From Octopus vulgaris (Eukaryota): a DNA stretch of 64,000 bases. How positions within the stretch are numbered: position 1 is the stretch's first letter; the number at the start of each line of letters is the position of its first letter. Position numbers and translations under genes: made by a program. The DNA lies in contig OX597815.1 of the NCBI GenBank assembly GCA_951406725.2, positions 121,768,001 to 121,832,000 of the forward strand, in the 5' to 3' direction. Positions 1-12,792 of the stretch are shown piece by piece. The notes beneath the pieces were generated by a model. That model searched no databases and was not told the origin of the DNA. It saw only the letters and a list, made by a program, of their open reading frames with translations.

Positions 1-487
1 CTAATAATGATAAAAAAAACTTTTAAAAACTGTATATTTATCATTGACAAAACAGCCTTCGTGAGATACAGCAAAAGCTTTATCATTCATAATCCTCACA
101 ATATATGGTGGGTCAGATGGCAGTCAGTGATTGTAGGTTTCTCATAAGCATAAATATAGAGATAGTTGGAAGATCATAACTATGACAGGGAATGAGCAAG
201 AGATAAATAGAATTTGCTTTGCAGTAAAACATGCATATTAAGTTTGTATTTGAAAGATGATAGCTTGAGTCAAAACTGTACAACTTGGATGTTGGAGAAT
301 TAAAAAGAAGATATTTTTGGAAGATAATCAAAGAATGAAATTCTTTTTTTTTCAAATCTTTTCTGGCATCTTGGACAAGCATCTTTTACCAGTCTCAGGT
401 CAACCAATGCTCAAAGACTTATACATTATCACCTCTTTGCTTTTCATATCAGAAAGTGATATGATTTTAGTAGAAGGAACCGTATGG

Positions 488-690
488 AATCTTGTTGTGT
501 ATGTGTGTGCATCTTTATGTTTGTCCCCACCACCACCACTGCTCGACAGCTGGTGCTGGTTTATTTAAAATAGACCAATAGAATAAGAACTAGATGGGAA
601 AAAGTGAAAAAAATATTGGGGTCAATTTGTTCAGCTAAACCTTTCAAGGCAGTGCCCCACCATGACCACTGTCCAGTAACTGAAACATTA
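488..690 (+). mobile_element. 3' half of OR-type SINE
   Basis: agaccaatagaataag...ggggtcaatttgttc...catgaccactgtccagtaactgaaaca. Confidence 0.7.
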
Positions 691-1082
691 TTCATTATTG
701 CTTTGTTTCTGTTTTGTCTACAACTAAACTGAGATACAAAGGTTATTGGTAGTTTGTGTATGGCTATTTGAGTGAAAGATAACTAAGATGGGTCTCTTTT
801 CCTTATGACAGAGATAGTTGTTTGTCAATTGTTAGATGCTTTACTTCTTTCATTCATTTTATAACCATTTTTCCATATTGTATGTGTTGAATGGGGGAGT
901 TATTTGAGATTATGATTTTTATGACCAGATGCTCTTCTTGTCTCCAACCTTTACTTGTTTCTCCAAGAAAGGAAATGTTTGCTTTTATTGCAGGGCTCCT
1001 CTAAAGAGTAGAATGACCAGTCATAATATCAACATCAACATGCTCACTCATTCACTTGTGTATACATACACAGATACATATA

Positions 1083-1290
1083 TCATCATCATCATCATCA
1101 TCATTTAACATCTGTTTTTCTATGTTGGCATGGATGGCTCAAAGGGAGTTAGCAAGCCAGAGAACTGCACCAAGTTCCAATGTCTGCTTTGGCATGATTT
1201 CTCCAACTGGAAGCCCTTCTTAACTCCAACTACTTTACAGAGTTTACTGGGTTCCTTTTTTATATGGCACTGGCACTAGTGAGCTCACCT
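1083..1290 (-). mobile_element. RTE 3'-end-related short element with (CAT)n tail
   Basis: Reverse complement of RTE end (14910-15065). Similar pieces at about 19945-20205, 23790-23975, 59190-59360 (-) and 52090-52270 (+). Confidence 0.7.
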
Positions 1291-2774
1291 AGTAACAACC
1301 CCTTGACTGAAGTGTAGTATTGAGAGAGGTGGCTTTATGTTAGGTGATGAAAGGCTTATGTATGACAGAGGGACAGAAACAGATGTCTACACACACACAC
1401 ATGATTCCTGTTGTTGTGTTGCCAAATCCCCACATAAGGTATCAGTTGGCCTAGGACTATAACAGAAGACACTTAAATGACTTTATATTCTAGTCTCTCT
1501 TCATGATTCTACATATATTGCTGCGTCGTATAGTTTCCTTCTCTTACATTGAGTAACTACTATAATGAAAAGGTTTACGTGGTATTATGCATTAGAATCA
1601 AGCTGCAAATTTGCATAACAGGGGGAATTGATAAATGTTGATGTCAGCTTCAGGTACATGAGCAGCATTAATGAAACAACTCCAACTCAACTGGGTAATT
1701 GATTTAGTTCACTGGGAATTTATTGCTGTTTAATGGATATCGGAATAACTGGAAGAGATCCGTGTGATCTTTTTTTTTTTTTCAATTGAGTTGATGTAGA
1801 TTAATACTTTGGAAGGCAAATGTGGGCAAGAGGGGTTCTGAAGAAGAAAGATTAAATAATCAAATAATGAGCTTAGTACAGAATATCAGAAGTTATATGC
1901 AATGGATTTGAAGATAGATCTGGAGCATTAAATAGATTTAGGTGACATTAAGGAAGAGCGAAAGACATTGTGTCAAAGAGGTAAAGAATGAATACAACTT
2001 ATTGGACCAACGTTTGAAAAGTGTTGGTGAGTGGGGTTTGACTATCAAGTGGGTAACATTTTTCTTAAGTTTACAATATATATGTGTTTAGAAAGATATG
2101 TAATATTTTGAAAGGAGTTAGAAATTGAGGAAAAAGTAATTTTCATCCTAAAAAAAAATAACCAAGCGCTTATGAAGCATACTCTGCTACATGAAAAATG
2201 TGGAATGTCTTTATGAAACTTAGTTAAAATATATCTAACCTAGCATTTGTATGTTGTTTTGATTGTGTACTGTTACTATTGAGAAGGATTGCAATATTGT
2301 GGATTTCTTTCCCAAATTTTCATAGTATGAAATTCTTGAGCTCCCACTTTAGGAAAGTCATGTGGATGTTGAAGCTGCTTGTCAAAGTCTGATATGAAAA
2401 GCAAAGAGGTGATAATGTATAAGTCTTTGAGCATTTATTTCATGAAATTGACAGTAAATTGAATATACATTTATTATAGATCTGCATGTGGTTAATGTTA
2501 CTCTATTTTAAAGATTTATATGCAAACACAACCATTTTAGGATTTGCATGTAAACAAATATTTTCTAACCACTATAGATTTCTAAACCTTATACATGTAT
2601 TTTTTACAACATGTAAAACAAGACACAAATCATGAGTTTATCCTTCTCTGTGAAAAAGAGTTTTTCTACACCTCTTGTATCTCACTCATAGAAAAGTGAA
2701 ATATCTGCTTGTGTAACCTATTTCTCCACACTTATCAAAGCTGTTATGAAACTTAAATTTGTTTTTAATTGCAG

Positions 2775-2917
2775 TATCTGCCAAATTAGAGACCAAATTT
2801 GTTGAAGATGCGGTTCATCAGTTGTTGAAAGCAAGATGTGTTTTGAAGTGTTCTTATGTCTATGCATACTATTTGGATGGCCCAGGCTACAAAAAAATAG
2901 TGTTTGAATGTATGCAG
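2775..2917 (+). CDS. ANKIB1: ANKIB1-like RBR E3 ligase, internal exon (Ariadne domain); upstream exons lie outside the window
   Basis: ttgcag acceptor and CAG|gtatat donor. SAKLETKFVEDAVHQLLKARCVLKCSYVYAYYLDGPGYKKIVFECMQ resembles the ANKIB1 Ariadne region (FIEDAVHVLLKTRRILKCSY, as recalled). Confidence 0.92.
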
Positions 2918-2920
2918 GTA

Positions 2921-2966
2921 TATTATCATCATTGTTATTATTATTATTATTATTATTATCATTATA
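2921..2966. repeat. (ATT)n microsatellite in short ANKIB1 intron
   Basis: Seen directly; source of the poly-I, poly-Y and poly-L ORF segments. Confidence 0.92.
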
Positions 2967-3056
2967 TATTTTTTATCATTCTCCTTTGCATCATGTCAAG
3001 ATTTATTCACAATTTACTTATTTTATTGTCTGCGTTATTTTGTTTTCTTATTTCAG

Positions 3057-3269
3057 ACAGAGTTGGAAGAATGTACTGAAATTTTATCTCAGATAGTAAA
3101 CCGTCTTTATCTGCGGACTCCACGTAGAAGAATAATTGAACAAGCTCATATAGTTCAGCGTAAGAGACATGAATTTATTGCTGCAATTGTGAAAGGTTTG
3201 GTACCTCCTGAAACCCCACCAGCCATGCGAAAACGCAAAAGAAAAAAATATAGTATAGATCTGGAAGAT
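3057..3269 (+). CDS. ANKIB1: ANKIB1-like exon (end of Ariadne domain, basic NLS-like stretch)
   Basis: tttcag acceptor, GAT|gtaagt donor, 213 nt, phase 0-0. TELEECTEILSQIVNRLYLRTPRRRIIEQAHIVQRKRHEF...RKRKRKK; YLRTPR is characteristic of ANKIB1. Confidence 0.93.
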
Positions 3270-3433
3270 GTAAGTGTACATGTTTTTTACATTGTGAAAT
3301 ATTACCAACTTCATTATGTCATTGATCTACTGTATGCTTTTTCACATATGTTCCAAAATGAAATTCATAACCATCCAAAAATGTTTGCAAAATTATGCAA
3401 AATTTCAAAAACAAAATTTTATGCTTTCATTTA

Positions 3434-4335
3434 TGAGGTGGTATCAAAAAGTTCTCAGACTAGTTCTGTAGCGTGCCAACAGATGACAGCACATGGTTAT
3501 GTGCACAGTGAGAGCTAGCAATGACCTTCATGAAGCAGTGTGCTGAGTGACATTGCTGTGTTTACTTCACAAGTTGTGAAATTTGTGGTTTTGTGATCAT
3601 ATGTATGCTGTAGTCTGTAATTTTGTCATGGATAGAAAGTTGGAACAAAGAGCGAATGTAAAATTTTGCATTAAACCTGGGAAGTCTGCTACAGAGTCAT
3701 TGAGAATTCTTCGGCAAGCTTATAACGATGAGGCAATGGGTTGTATACAATGTATTGATTGTCATGGGTGCACCAAAAGTGGAAGAACAGCTCTGGAAGA
3801 TGATGAGTGATCTGAAAGACTTGTCACCCCCACCCAGAAATGTGGAGAAAATTCATCAGCTTTTGTATGAGGATCATCAGAGGACAATCAATGCTGTTTT
3901 GAAGCATTTGAGGGAAGACATTTGACAACAGTGACCAAATCCGTGGAGCACAAAGAATTAAGAGTTTTCATGATGACAATGCACCCTATCACTGAGCTTT
4001 CCTCGTTTCTGAATTCCTCACCAAAAACAACATGGTATTGCTTCTGCACCCACCCTATTCACCAGATTTAACTCCTATGGACTGCCATATCTTCCCTAAG
4101 ATGGGAATGCAGCTCAAAGGTTACCGTTGTTGAGATCCAGGGCGAATTGCAGAAGGTCCTCAACTCACAGAAAATTACTTCCAGGCTGGATTTGAAAAGT
4201 AGCAGGAACACTGGGACCAGTGTATTGTTGTGCAAGGTGACTATTTTGAAGGAGATGATGTTAAAACTTATATAAATAATTTTTTTTGTTTTTTTTTTAA
4301 CGTAACTATTCTGGGAACCATTTGATACCACATCA
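3434..4335 (+). mobile_element. Internally deleted mariner transposon in ANKIB1 intron
   Basis: About 32 bp imperfect TIRs (tgaggtggtatcaaaaagttctcagactagtt vs reverse complement tgatgtggtatcaaatggttcccagaatagtt) and TA flanks. Transposase relics EQRANVKFCIKPGKSATE, DNAP and HPPYSPDL, with stops and frameshifts. Confidence 0.9.
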
Positions 4336-4455
4336 TATCTGCAGTTCATAAGTTTAATGAATTTAAATTAAACCGAAGAAATTATTCAGCTCACTTTTTT
4401 TTTTCTTTTAAATTTTACAGTTGAATAACTGTTCTAAATTTCTATTTCTTTCCAG

Positions 4456-4627
4456 GAAGAGCTACGTAAAGCTATCTTGGCATCTATTCAAGAAGTTGAT
4501 CCTGCCAATCCTTGGATAAAAGATGCTTCAGGTCGACACACCAATGTCATGGCTGTTCTGGACTGGCCAGATTCAGACAGTGACAGTTCAGAAGCTGATA
4601 CAACTGGAACTTCACTGAAATCTATTG
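4456..4627 (+). CDS. ANKIB1: ANKIB1-like exon, completes first UIM (DLED-EELRKAILASIQE)
   Basis: ttccag acceptor, G|gtattt donor, phase 0-1. Open frame EELRKAILASIQEVDPANPWIKDASGRHTNVMAVLDWPDSDSDSSEADTTGTSLKSI. Confidence 0.85.
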
Positions 4628-5238
4628 GTATTTAAATATTCACTAATTTACCATTATCCCACTTACATGTCTATTGGGTTATTAGAATCCATGTAGCCGT
4701 AAGGTTAACTCTTTTTACAATATTTTTGCTTTTATATCATATATTGTTTCTTTCATTTGCTTTAGGGGAATTGCTTGCTTCCAATTATATATCTCATTGC
4801 TTTTGCTGTAACCTTTCTCTTCCTTATCTTTTATTTTGCTAATAAACGACTGCATTTCACTACAGTTGCATTTTCTCTATACTATATTATTATTCTTATC
4901 CTAGAATTCTTTAGCAATATTAATTTACTAAAATATCAGTTCTATGAAAAAAAATTGCACACCTTTTAAAACCAATGTACCTCTTAGATATTTGTTAAAC
5001 AGAAAAATATATTAAATATATATATATCTTACATTGTTGTTCCTAACCTGGTTCATTCTAGTTAACTCTTCTTCAAATTAGATTTCTATTTCTTCTTCGT
5101 GTTTCCTTTCTTCTCCATTGATCTATCCATTTATGTCATCTGTTGCCGTGATTCTCACAACTTTGCTATATTCAGTTTTGGTCCTTTGCATTTGAACATT
5201 ATAATAGCTAAGTTATCAGTTAGGGTTGTGTTTTTTAG

Positions 5239-5364
5239 GGAAATGTTCCCGTTCTGGCTGCAATCGTCTTCAGGCTTTGAATCCTCGGACTGGAATCTTA
5301 CATGATCACTGCAGTCTTCATTGCTTGCATTTGGATCACCAGAAGAATAATAGCAAGCAACAAG
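5239..5364 (+). CDS. ANKIB1: ANKIB1-like candidate symmetric exon encoding a Cys4 zinc-finger-like motif
   Basis: ttttttag acceptor, AAG|gttgga donor, 126 nt, phase 1-1. GKCSRSGCNRLQALNPRTGILHDHCSLHCLHLDHQKNNSKQQ. Confidence 0.72.
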
Positions 5365-7597
5365 GTTGGATGATGATTTTTACACAGAATAGATAATAAT
5401 TCTGATCTTCTCGTTCCGTCTTCTGAAAGTACTTTCACATTTATGGATTCTGATACATTCTACAACTCAGGCAGAAATTCCAAATTTCAATTTGTTATGT
5501 ATAAAAATTTAGCAACATTTCATCTTATCTGTAGAATTTATTTTTAAAGATTAAAATGTATTAAAAAAATTAGATTGAAACCATACAATGTATTCTTCTA
5601 CTATTTAATTAAATTCTCCTATAATAATTAATTTATGGTTTATAATTTCTGAAATTATTCCACATAGTTTATTGTTGTAGCCATAATTTTAATCCTGCAA
5701 TATTCCCAGTTATTTTACTGTTCAGTAGTATTGAGCTTGTCACATCTGCTAAGTTTGATGTTGCATAAAATCAGATTCAATTACAATATAGATGAAATGA
5801 ATATAACATGGTTTCTCTCAGACAGATGAAGAACTCAGGCACATTTAATTTGTGTTGACATCTTTTGTATCTGAATTGAGAAATGATATTTCCTTGAATA
5901 TTTATATATGATTAATATTATTTATTAATAAGTTTATAAAAGTGCATTTATTTCTGTTGGATCCCAAAGTATAAACATTAAACCAAAATATTCTTAATAA
6001 TTGTGAAGGTGTAATATAATATTATAAAAGGAAGTTATTTATTAATCACTTCAGATATTATGTACAATATAATGTACTACAAGGGGTAGTTCAAAAAATA
6101 CCAGTTAAGCCTTGCTAGATTGGAACTATGATATACTTTATATATTAGTCACAGGCTGTGTTTACAGAAAGTCTTATTATATTTCTATCACTCTTGTCAT
6201 ATACAGACAAGTTGGAAGATATTACTTACTTTTAGTTTACTTAGTAATATATTTTGTAATTTACTTTCTGAATTTTGAGCTATGGCAGAGAAAGAACATG
6301 GTAATTTAATAATCTAGTTTTGGACACTTGAGGAGATATTCAGTTATTGCTTGCATGTGTTTGTTGATACAACCTTGCCAGTTTTATTTTGAAAAAAATC
6401 AAAACAAAATGTCTTGTCAAAATACAAACATTCTTACAGAAATCTCATTTCATGTTTCACTGTCTCCAAGGACTTTGGTTCTACATCACTAACATCAAGC
6501 TATATTTTTCTTATAATTTATCACCTTTCTGGCTAATATACTAAAATGTGTTTCCTCTGTGATTATTAAATTACTTTTTAACGGTTTCTAGAGTATGCCT
6601 CATATGTAAATTCACAGTTTTCTGAAAGTCTTTGTAAAGTTACTTTGTTTAAAAAAAGAACAAAAAACTAAAGAAAAGTCTATGGTCTCTTTTCACAAGA
6701 CTTTTACAGAATGTATCCCAATATTTTCTCAACTTTTATCTCAATATTTCCTTCACTTTAAAGTGTCTTATTTACTTGTTGTTTCATGGAGGATCTATTT
6801 AAAGTTCATTTCTAGTTCTGAATTTTTGAAATAGCATATAGTTTATTTTGGGAGTTCTGATTCTCATTGCTTGTTTTGTGCACATTGATCACACCAACTG
6901 CACAACATTGAGTTCTAGCTTGGTCCTTTACTGCATACCCAAGAAAGAAATTTTAACTGTGTTGTTCATGTTTGACAGCCAATAGAAAGCCCTTGAAGAA
7001 GATACATGCTGCAACTTATTGTAATTATTGAGAAAAAAATTAATTATTACTAAAATAACTGCTGTAAAAAAAAATATTTGCCAGTCTCCAATGAAGTTTT
7101 CTGAGCTATTTAAAGAATGGAACAAATTCTATGGTGACTAAGAAAAAAAGGCATGCAGAAAATAGTTTTATGGAAATTAAATATAGGAATTGATACTCTA
7201 AAGTAGCTTTGATTTGCAAAAAATAATGAAGAAATATTTTACAGTTCTAAATAGAGACGAAAATAAAAGATGGTGAAAATAAGAAACATTTCATCAGTTG
7301 TACTGATAAAAGAAACAAGTTGCTTTTGTAATTCAAAGAAAATGCAAATAATTTTAACACAAATATTCTAAATAACTTTACTGTAATTTTATTTTACCAT
7401 ATTCCAAAATAATAGCATTTATGTTCAAGTTATATCAATGAAATTGTTTTGAATGATGCAATGGATTGAAGTAATATTTAATGAAAAGAGAGAATAAATA
7501 TTAATTAAAAAAAAACTAAAGAAATAAAAGCAGGCTTTCAATATTGACAGTGAATTTCCAAGTTAATTAACAGATGTTTAACAATTTTCTGTTGTAG

Positions 7598-7718
7598 ATG
7601 GCTTACCTGAAGTGTTCCTTGATGAACAGATGGAACTGTTAAGAGCACTAGAAATGTCCAGATTGCAGTACATGAGAGAAACTGGACTTCTCAACATTCC
7701 ACAAGCAAATTCTGAAAT
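7598..7718 (+). CDS. ANKIB1: ANKIB1-like exon with second UIM (DEQMELLRALEMSRLQ)
   Basis: ttgtag acceptor, phase 1-2, weak gtatac donor whose phase matches the next exon. DGLPEVFLDEQMELLRALEMSRLQYMRETGLLNIPQANSE. Confidence 0.8.
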
Positions 7719-8403
7719 GTATACTTTTTTCTTTGTTACTTAATATTAAAGAAAAAATAATAATTTCGTAATATTTATCCTTTGCTATCTGTAATCCATT
7801 TCTTTAATAAACATCCAATTGTCCTCTCAACTGAATAATCTACTAGTTAGAATTCTTAGTGGTTGTGTACCAGTAGTATAGATGGAAGCAGGATAGTCTG
7901 TCCCAGGCAAGATTTTTGGATCTGCTGTATAAGCCTGTAAAGTATTATATTTTTTGTTGGGACTCAACACACAAGGGCTCTCCTGGCAGTACACAAGCTA
8001 TGCCACTGCTGTGTATTCTACAAACACATCTTTAACATAATTCTCTAACAGAATTGGTATGACATAAGTGTAACACAACTGGCCCTTAAAATTACAGATT
8101 ACAGCCTAACTGATGGGCTACTATACAGCGTCTATCTACCCAAAATCTATTCATGAAGCTTGGGTAGAGCCAAAGCTATAGTAAATGTTCTTCTCCCATA
8201 TGTTACACAGTGGTACTGAACCCAGGACCACACAGTTGTGAAGCAAATTTCTTAACTAACCTATTAACCAAAATTCATATCACTCATTGTGGACAGTTAA
8301 CTACCTAAAGTGATGTTGAATAATTCAGTACATCTAATGATGATCAGGAATGGTCATTTGATAAACATAATGTAAATATTGACCTGTGTAATGTAAATAT
8401 TAA

Positions 8404-8641
8404 CCCTTTAGCATTTAAACTAGCCGATGATGATGATGATGATGATATCCAGCCCAAATATTCTACCTGTTTTATGTTCAAACTGGCCAGATCAGGTCTT
8501 TCTCGCTTACCCTACAATATCACTTTTAAAATAAACAGTCGCTTCATCAAAATCTCAAAGCTACAAGATAATGCCTTATTAATTCAGAATATGTGAATAA
8601 ATAAGTATTACACTTAACATATTTATCTGAATGCTAAAGGG
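8404..8641. mobile_element. piggyBac-type MITE, family 1
   Basis: TTAA flanks, TIRs ccctttagcatt / aatgctaaaggg. Confidence 0.85.
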
Positions 8642-8836
8642 TTAAGCATTTTTTTATAATCGCTAAAAGTAATGTTAATTCTTGAATTTAAAAAAATAGT
8701 AATTCTATTAACAACCCATTAAACAACATTGCTATATTAAATATTTAAATGACTGAGATAGTTCTGTGGCACTGGAAATTAAATTATTTTAAATAATTCC
8801 AAGTAACTTGATTTCAGTTTTATTGTAATTTTCTAG

Positions 8837-9015
8837 TGATATCAACTCCTTAGATGCCCAAGATAATGGTTTCTCCACTGCTGCTCCTAATCCAGGCTTG
8901 AATGAATCTCATGATACCAATATGTCAGAACCATTAACTACTAATCAAACTGACCAAAATTCTTCAAATGAATTCAGCCACCAACTTCAGACCATGTTGT
9001 CCAATATTTTAAATG
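8837..9015 (+). CDS. ANKIB1: ANKIB1-like exon (low-complexity tail)
   Basis: ttctag acceptor, G|gtaatt donor, phase 2-1. Same frame as ORF 8898..9095. Confidence 0.78.
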
Positions 9016-9352
9016 GTAATTTTTTTTTGTTTTTAAATTTTTGCCATCTGATAAATAATTCTTTCAATTTAATAACTAATTTAGTTGAATTGTAGATCTT
9101 AGTTGAAAGACTCGACAATTTATTACAGAGAAAATCCCCATGAATTTCCCTCTTTTCATGATATCATTTAACCTAATGAGTAAATTAATGTGCTAAAGAA
9201 AACACCATTGACAACAAGATTCTGAAATACCTCAAAGGAACATAAAAATGCCCTTTGCTTTTAGAATTATTTTATGCTATAAGGATGTTTATTTTTTACC
9301 ATAAAAAATATTATTGTTTAAAAGTTTAAGAAATCATCATCATCTTCTTCAG

Positions 9353-10760
9353 CAATGAGCTAGCAAAATCACTAGAACATAGCACAAAATGCTTGGTAAT
9401 ATTTTGCTCCAGCTCTATAAGTTCTGAAATCAAATCTTACCAAAGATGATTTTGTCTTTCAACCTCTCAGGGTCAGAAAACTATAGTACTAGTCAAGTAC
9501 TGTGGTTAATGCTATGAGCTAGAATCCTCCCACTAAAACTGCTAGTCTTATATCAAAATTTGTAACCATTGTTATTATTAAGGCACCAAGCCAGCAGAAT
9601 CAATAACTCATCAGGCAAAATGCTTAATAGCATTTCTTTTGACTCTTTACATTCTGAGTTCAAATACCCCTAAGGACATCTTTGCCTTCAATCATTTCAA
9701 GATCAATAAAATAAAGTACCAATCAAGTACTGTTATCAAGTTGTTTCTGCCCCTAAAAATTACTGGCCTTGTATATGAATTAGAAAGTACTATTATTATT
9801 ACTGAGGGGAAGGAATTAGTCAATACCCCTGACTCCAGCAGTTGACTGGAGGAATGAAAGGTAAATTTGACCTCAGCAGGATTTGAACCCCAAATGTAAA
9901 GAGCCAGAAGAAATTCTGCAAAGGAGCATCAGAAAAAAGTGCCTTATGGTATTTGCCTCAGTTCTTTACATTCTAGGTCAAAATCATATGTAAGTCAACT
10001 TTTCCCTTCAGCCTTCCAGGGTCAAATAAAAGAAAATACTAGTCAAGCACTGGGGGTCAATGGTATCAACACCTTCCCACAAAATTGCTGTCCTTGTGCC
10101 AAATCTGTAGCTGCCTGTTGGCAAATTTTTAGGAAAGGTGGTGAGCTGGCAGAATCAGCATGCCAGACAAAATGCTTAATGGCATTTCCTCCAAATCTTC
10201 AGTTTAAGATCAAATTCTGCTGAAGTTGACTGCCTTTCATCCTTTTAGGGCCGATAAAATAAGTAGCAGTTAAACACTGGGGTTGATGTAATCTACTTAA
10301 AACTCCCCCCAAAATTGCTGGCCTTGAGCCTAACCTTAGAACCGTTCTTATAGTGGTGTTGGTGAGCTGACAGAATTGTAGCATGCCAGGCAGAATTTCT
10401 TCCGATTCTTTACATTCTGAATTCAGATTCTGCCGAGGTCACCTTTGCCTTTCATTCTTTTGATTTTGATGTAATAAGTACCAACTGAATACTGGGGGTC
10501 AATGTAATCAACTAGATCCCCTTCCCCAAAATTTCAGACCTTGTGCCTTTAGTAGAAAGGATTAAGGTGGCAAGCAGGAAGAATTGTTAGCACATCAGAC
10601 AAAGCACTTAGTGGCATTTCTTTTGACTCTTTATGTTCTGAGTTCAAATCCTGCTGAAATTAACTTAACCTTTCATGTTTTTGAGGTCAATGTAACTGAC
10701 TATCCCACTCCACCCCACAATTGCTGGCCTTGTGCTAAAATTAGAATCATTATTATTTTG
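9353..10760 (+). repeat. Head-to-tail array of about 6 tRNA-derived, ATT-tailed SINEs plus one inverted partial copy (about 9805-9925)
   Basis: Recurring unit ggtgagctggcagaat...aaaatgcttagtggcatttc...gagttcaaat (B-box-like)...gcctttcatcc...aagtaccag...ggggtcaatgtaatc...ggccttgtgcc...attatt. Confidence 0.88.
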
Positions 10761-11516
10761 CTATTATTTCTCAGAAAGCTCTTTTCTATAATGTAGCCCT
10801 GAGTCTGCAGACCTATGAATAGTTACATTTCAACCTCAAGCATCTCATCTTTTCTCATACAGTCTATTTTGAAGTACGTTATCTAATAGGGTGTGATTTG
10901 AAGGCAATATAGCTGTTATTTCTGGTGAGTCAAATGACCATGCAATGGAGCTCATTGACTTCATTCAATTTTCTCAAGTAAAACATAATTTGAAATGTCA
11001 GATTTTAACCTGTGAAAAGTCAGTCTATTAGGACTCTCAAATGGGACTACTACATTTAAGTATCTCACCTTATGTAACCTTTAGACATAGCCATTATGAG
11101 ATAGCATTTTAAAGAATCCTAGGAAAGGTTTAAATTTATTGACCTGATCAATCAACTCATCAAAGTTTTTGAAATTTTCAATGTGCATTTCTATTATATA
11201 AATAAAAAAAAACACAAGTACTCTTTCTTCTTTCAAAATTCAGACCATTGCCACTTAACAGTTAATTCTAGAAAGAGACCTCTTATTTAATTACTCTATG
11301 CTAATTCTTCAGCTTTCCTGATCTTAAGGAATATATCTATGTATAATCAATGATTTGGCTGATACTATACAATACACATGCAAATAATAGGTCGCACTGT
11401 AAATCTGAGCAGTTATATTTCTGTGCTAGTGTAGGAAAACAAAAGTTATTAAAATAGAGAAACTAAATTAAATTCAGCTTGTATTGCTCATGGGAATTTC
11501 TGTCTTATTCTTTCAG

Positions 11517-12424
11517 AAGCTGTAGAACAAATGCAGTCTAATTCCTCTGATGTGTGGGTTAAAAGAGATTTGTCCAAAACAGAAAATGTGGATCCTGCAA
11601 CACCAGTAAAAAGTCCTAGCAGCAATGAGAACATCCTTTCAAGATCCTGTAATTCCAAAATGTCATTACAATCCGAAATTGCAACTGAAGAACTCGAGCA
11701 ACTCGGAGCTTATGCAGGAGCCCAAACAAAACCACTACCCGTATCACCCCCCTCCACTAACTCTTGTTTTGGTATTATAAAGGATTTATCAGTAACAAAT
11801 ATCCTTGCTACAGATGAGGATAAGACCAATAGCTTTTTGAATAAAGACTTCAGTTTTGGCATTAAAAAAAATGAAATTAGCACCCAATTTCAAGATGCTT
11901 CAATCTCTCAGAGTCGTTCAAAATCTTTTGACAGTTCAACCGAGTTAAATCAGTCATTAGATATTTCAGCTAATAACTGTTTAAAAAAAGTTGAAATGAC
12001 TGCTGACTGTAGTGATGGAGAGAATGAGAAGCCTACAGGTAAATCAAACTTTGTTGAGAAAGCCCAGAATACAGTAAAACATTTCGACACAGATTGTGTG
12101 TCTTTGTTAGAAATATCACAAAATTTATTACACATGACTGAATCATTATTCGAAAATAGTGAACAAGATATTGCAGTTGATTCATCCACGGAAGGTCCTA
12201 ATGAAACCAACACATTAAAATCACCAGAAGCAAGTACCAGAGACTTAACTGTTAATGATCTAAACACAGTGAGGAATGGTAATGAAGATCAGGTGGAAGA
12301 AGGTTATGGTAACCAATGCACTGCTTCCTGTGATCCAGCAGTGAGCCAAGAGGTAACTACAAGACCAAATAACACTACCAAAGACTACAATGAGGAAAGC
12401 AATGGCCAATATTTTTCTGTTTAA
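11517..12424 (+). CDS. ANKIB1: ANKIB1-like terminal coding exon (about 300 aa acidic S/T/N-rich, probably disordered tail)
   Basis: tttcag acceptor in phase 1 joins the longest ORF in the window (11531..12424), ending GQYFSV-stop. Confidence 0.85.
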
Positions 12425-12786
12425 TGTATTTCTTTGAGAGGAAAAAAGAACAAAAAACATGCCTAGCATTGAAATTGGTGAATGGGTTCTATAGAGTATG
12501 GAAATTTAGAATGTAATGCTTTTGAAAATAATATTGCATGTGGCCTGCATTTCTTTATTTTGAAAAATGGTTTTTAATGGTTGTAGAAGGCATTCATGTC
12601 GGTAAACTTAAAAACATTTACCTCAATTGTGATTTTTGTATTGTTGATATATCAAAACTTGTTGTGTACAAACAAACCCTATATATATGTTTCAAATTTG
12701 ATGAGAATCTAGACTGCAATATACCACCTATTTTGATACCAGCCTCTGTTTCTATGGTCATTCATATTTTTGCATTTTGGTGAAGA

Positions 12787-12792
12787 AATAAA
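12787..12792 (+). terminator. Candidate polyadenylation signal of the ANKIB1-like gene
   Basis: AATAAA about 360 nt after the stop, followed by T-rich sequence. Confidence 0.45.

Noticed and set aside
2353-2410. Upstream ANKIB1 exon
   Set aside because: Stops in all three frames before a usable donor.
2904-3096. Poly-Ile, poly-Leu and poly-Tyr ORF segments resembling membrane anchors
   Set aside because: Translation of an intronic (ATT)n repeat.
3583-3925. Functional or domesticated transposase
   Set aside because: Stops, frameshifts and an internal deletion.
9353-10760. CRISPR-like or satellite array
   Set aside because: Units are diverged SINE copies of about 200 bp also found dispersed; eukaryotic intron, no cas genes.
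11950-12469. Antisense ORFs over the ANKIB1 terminal exon
   Set aside because: Shadow frames of the real + strand exon.
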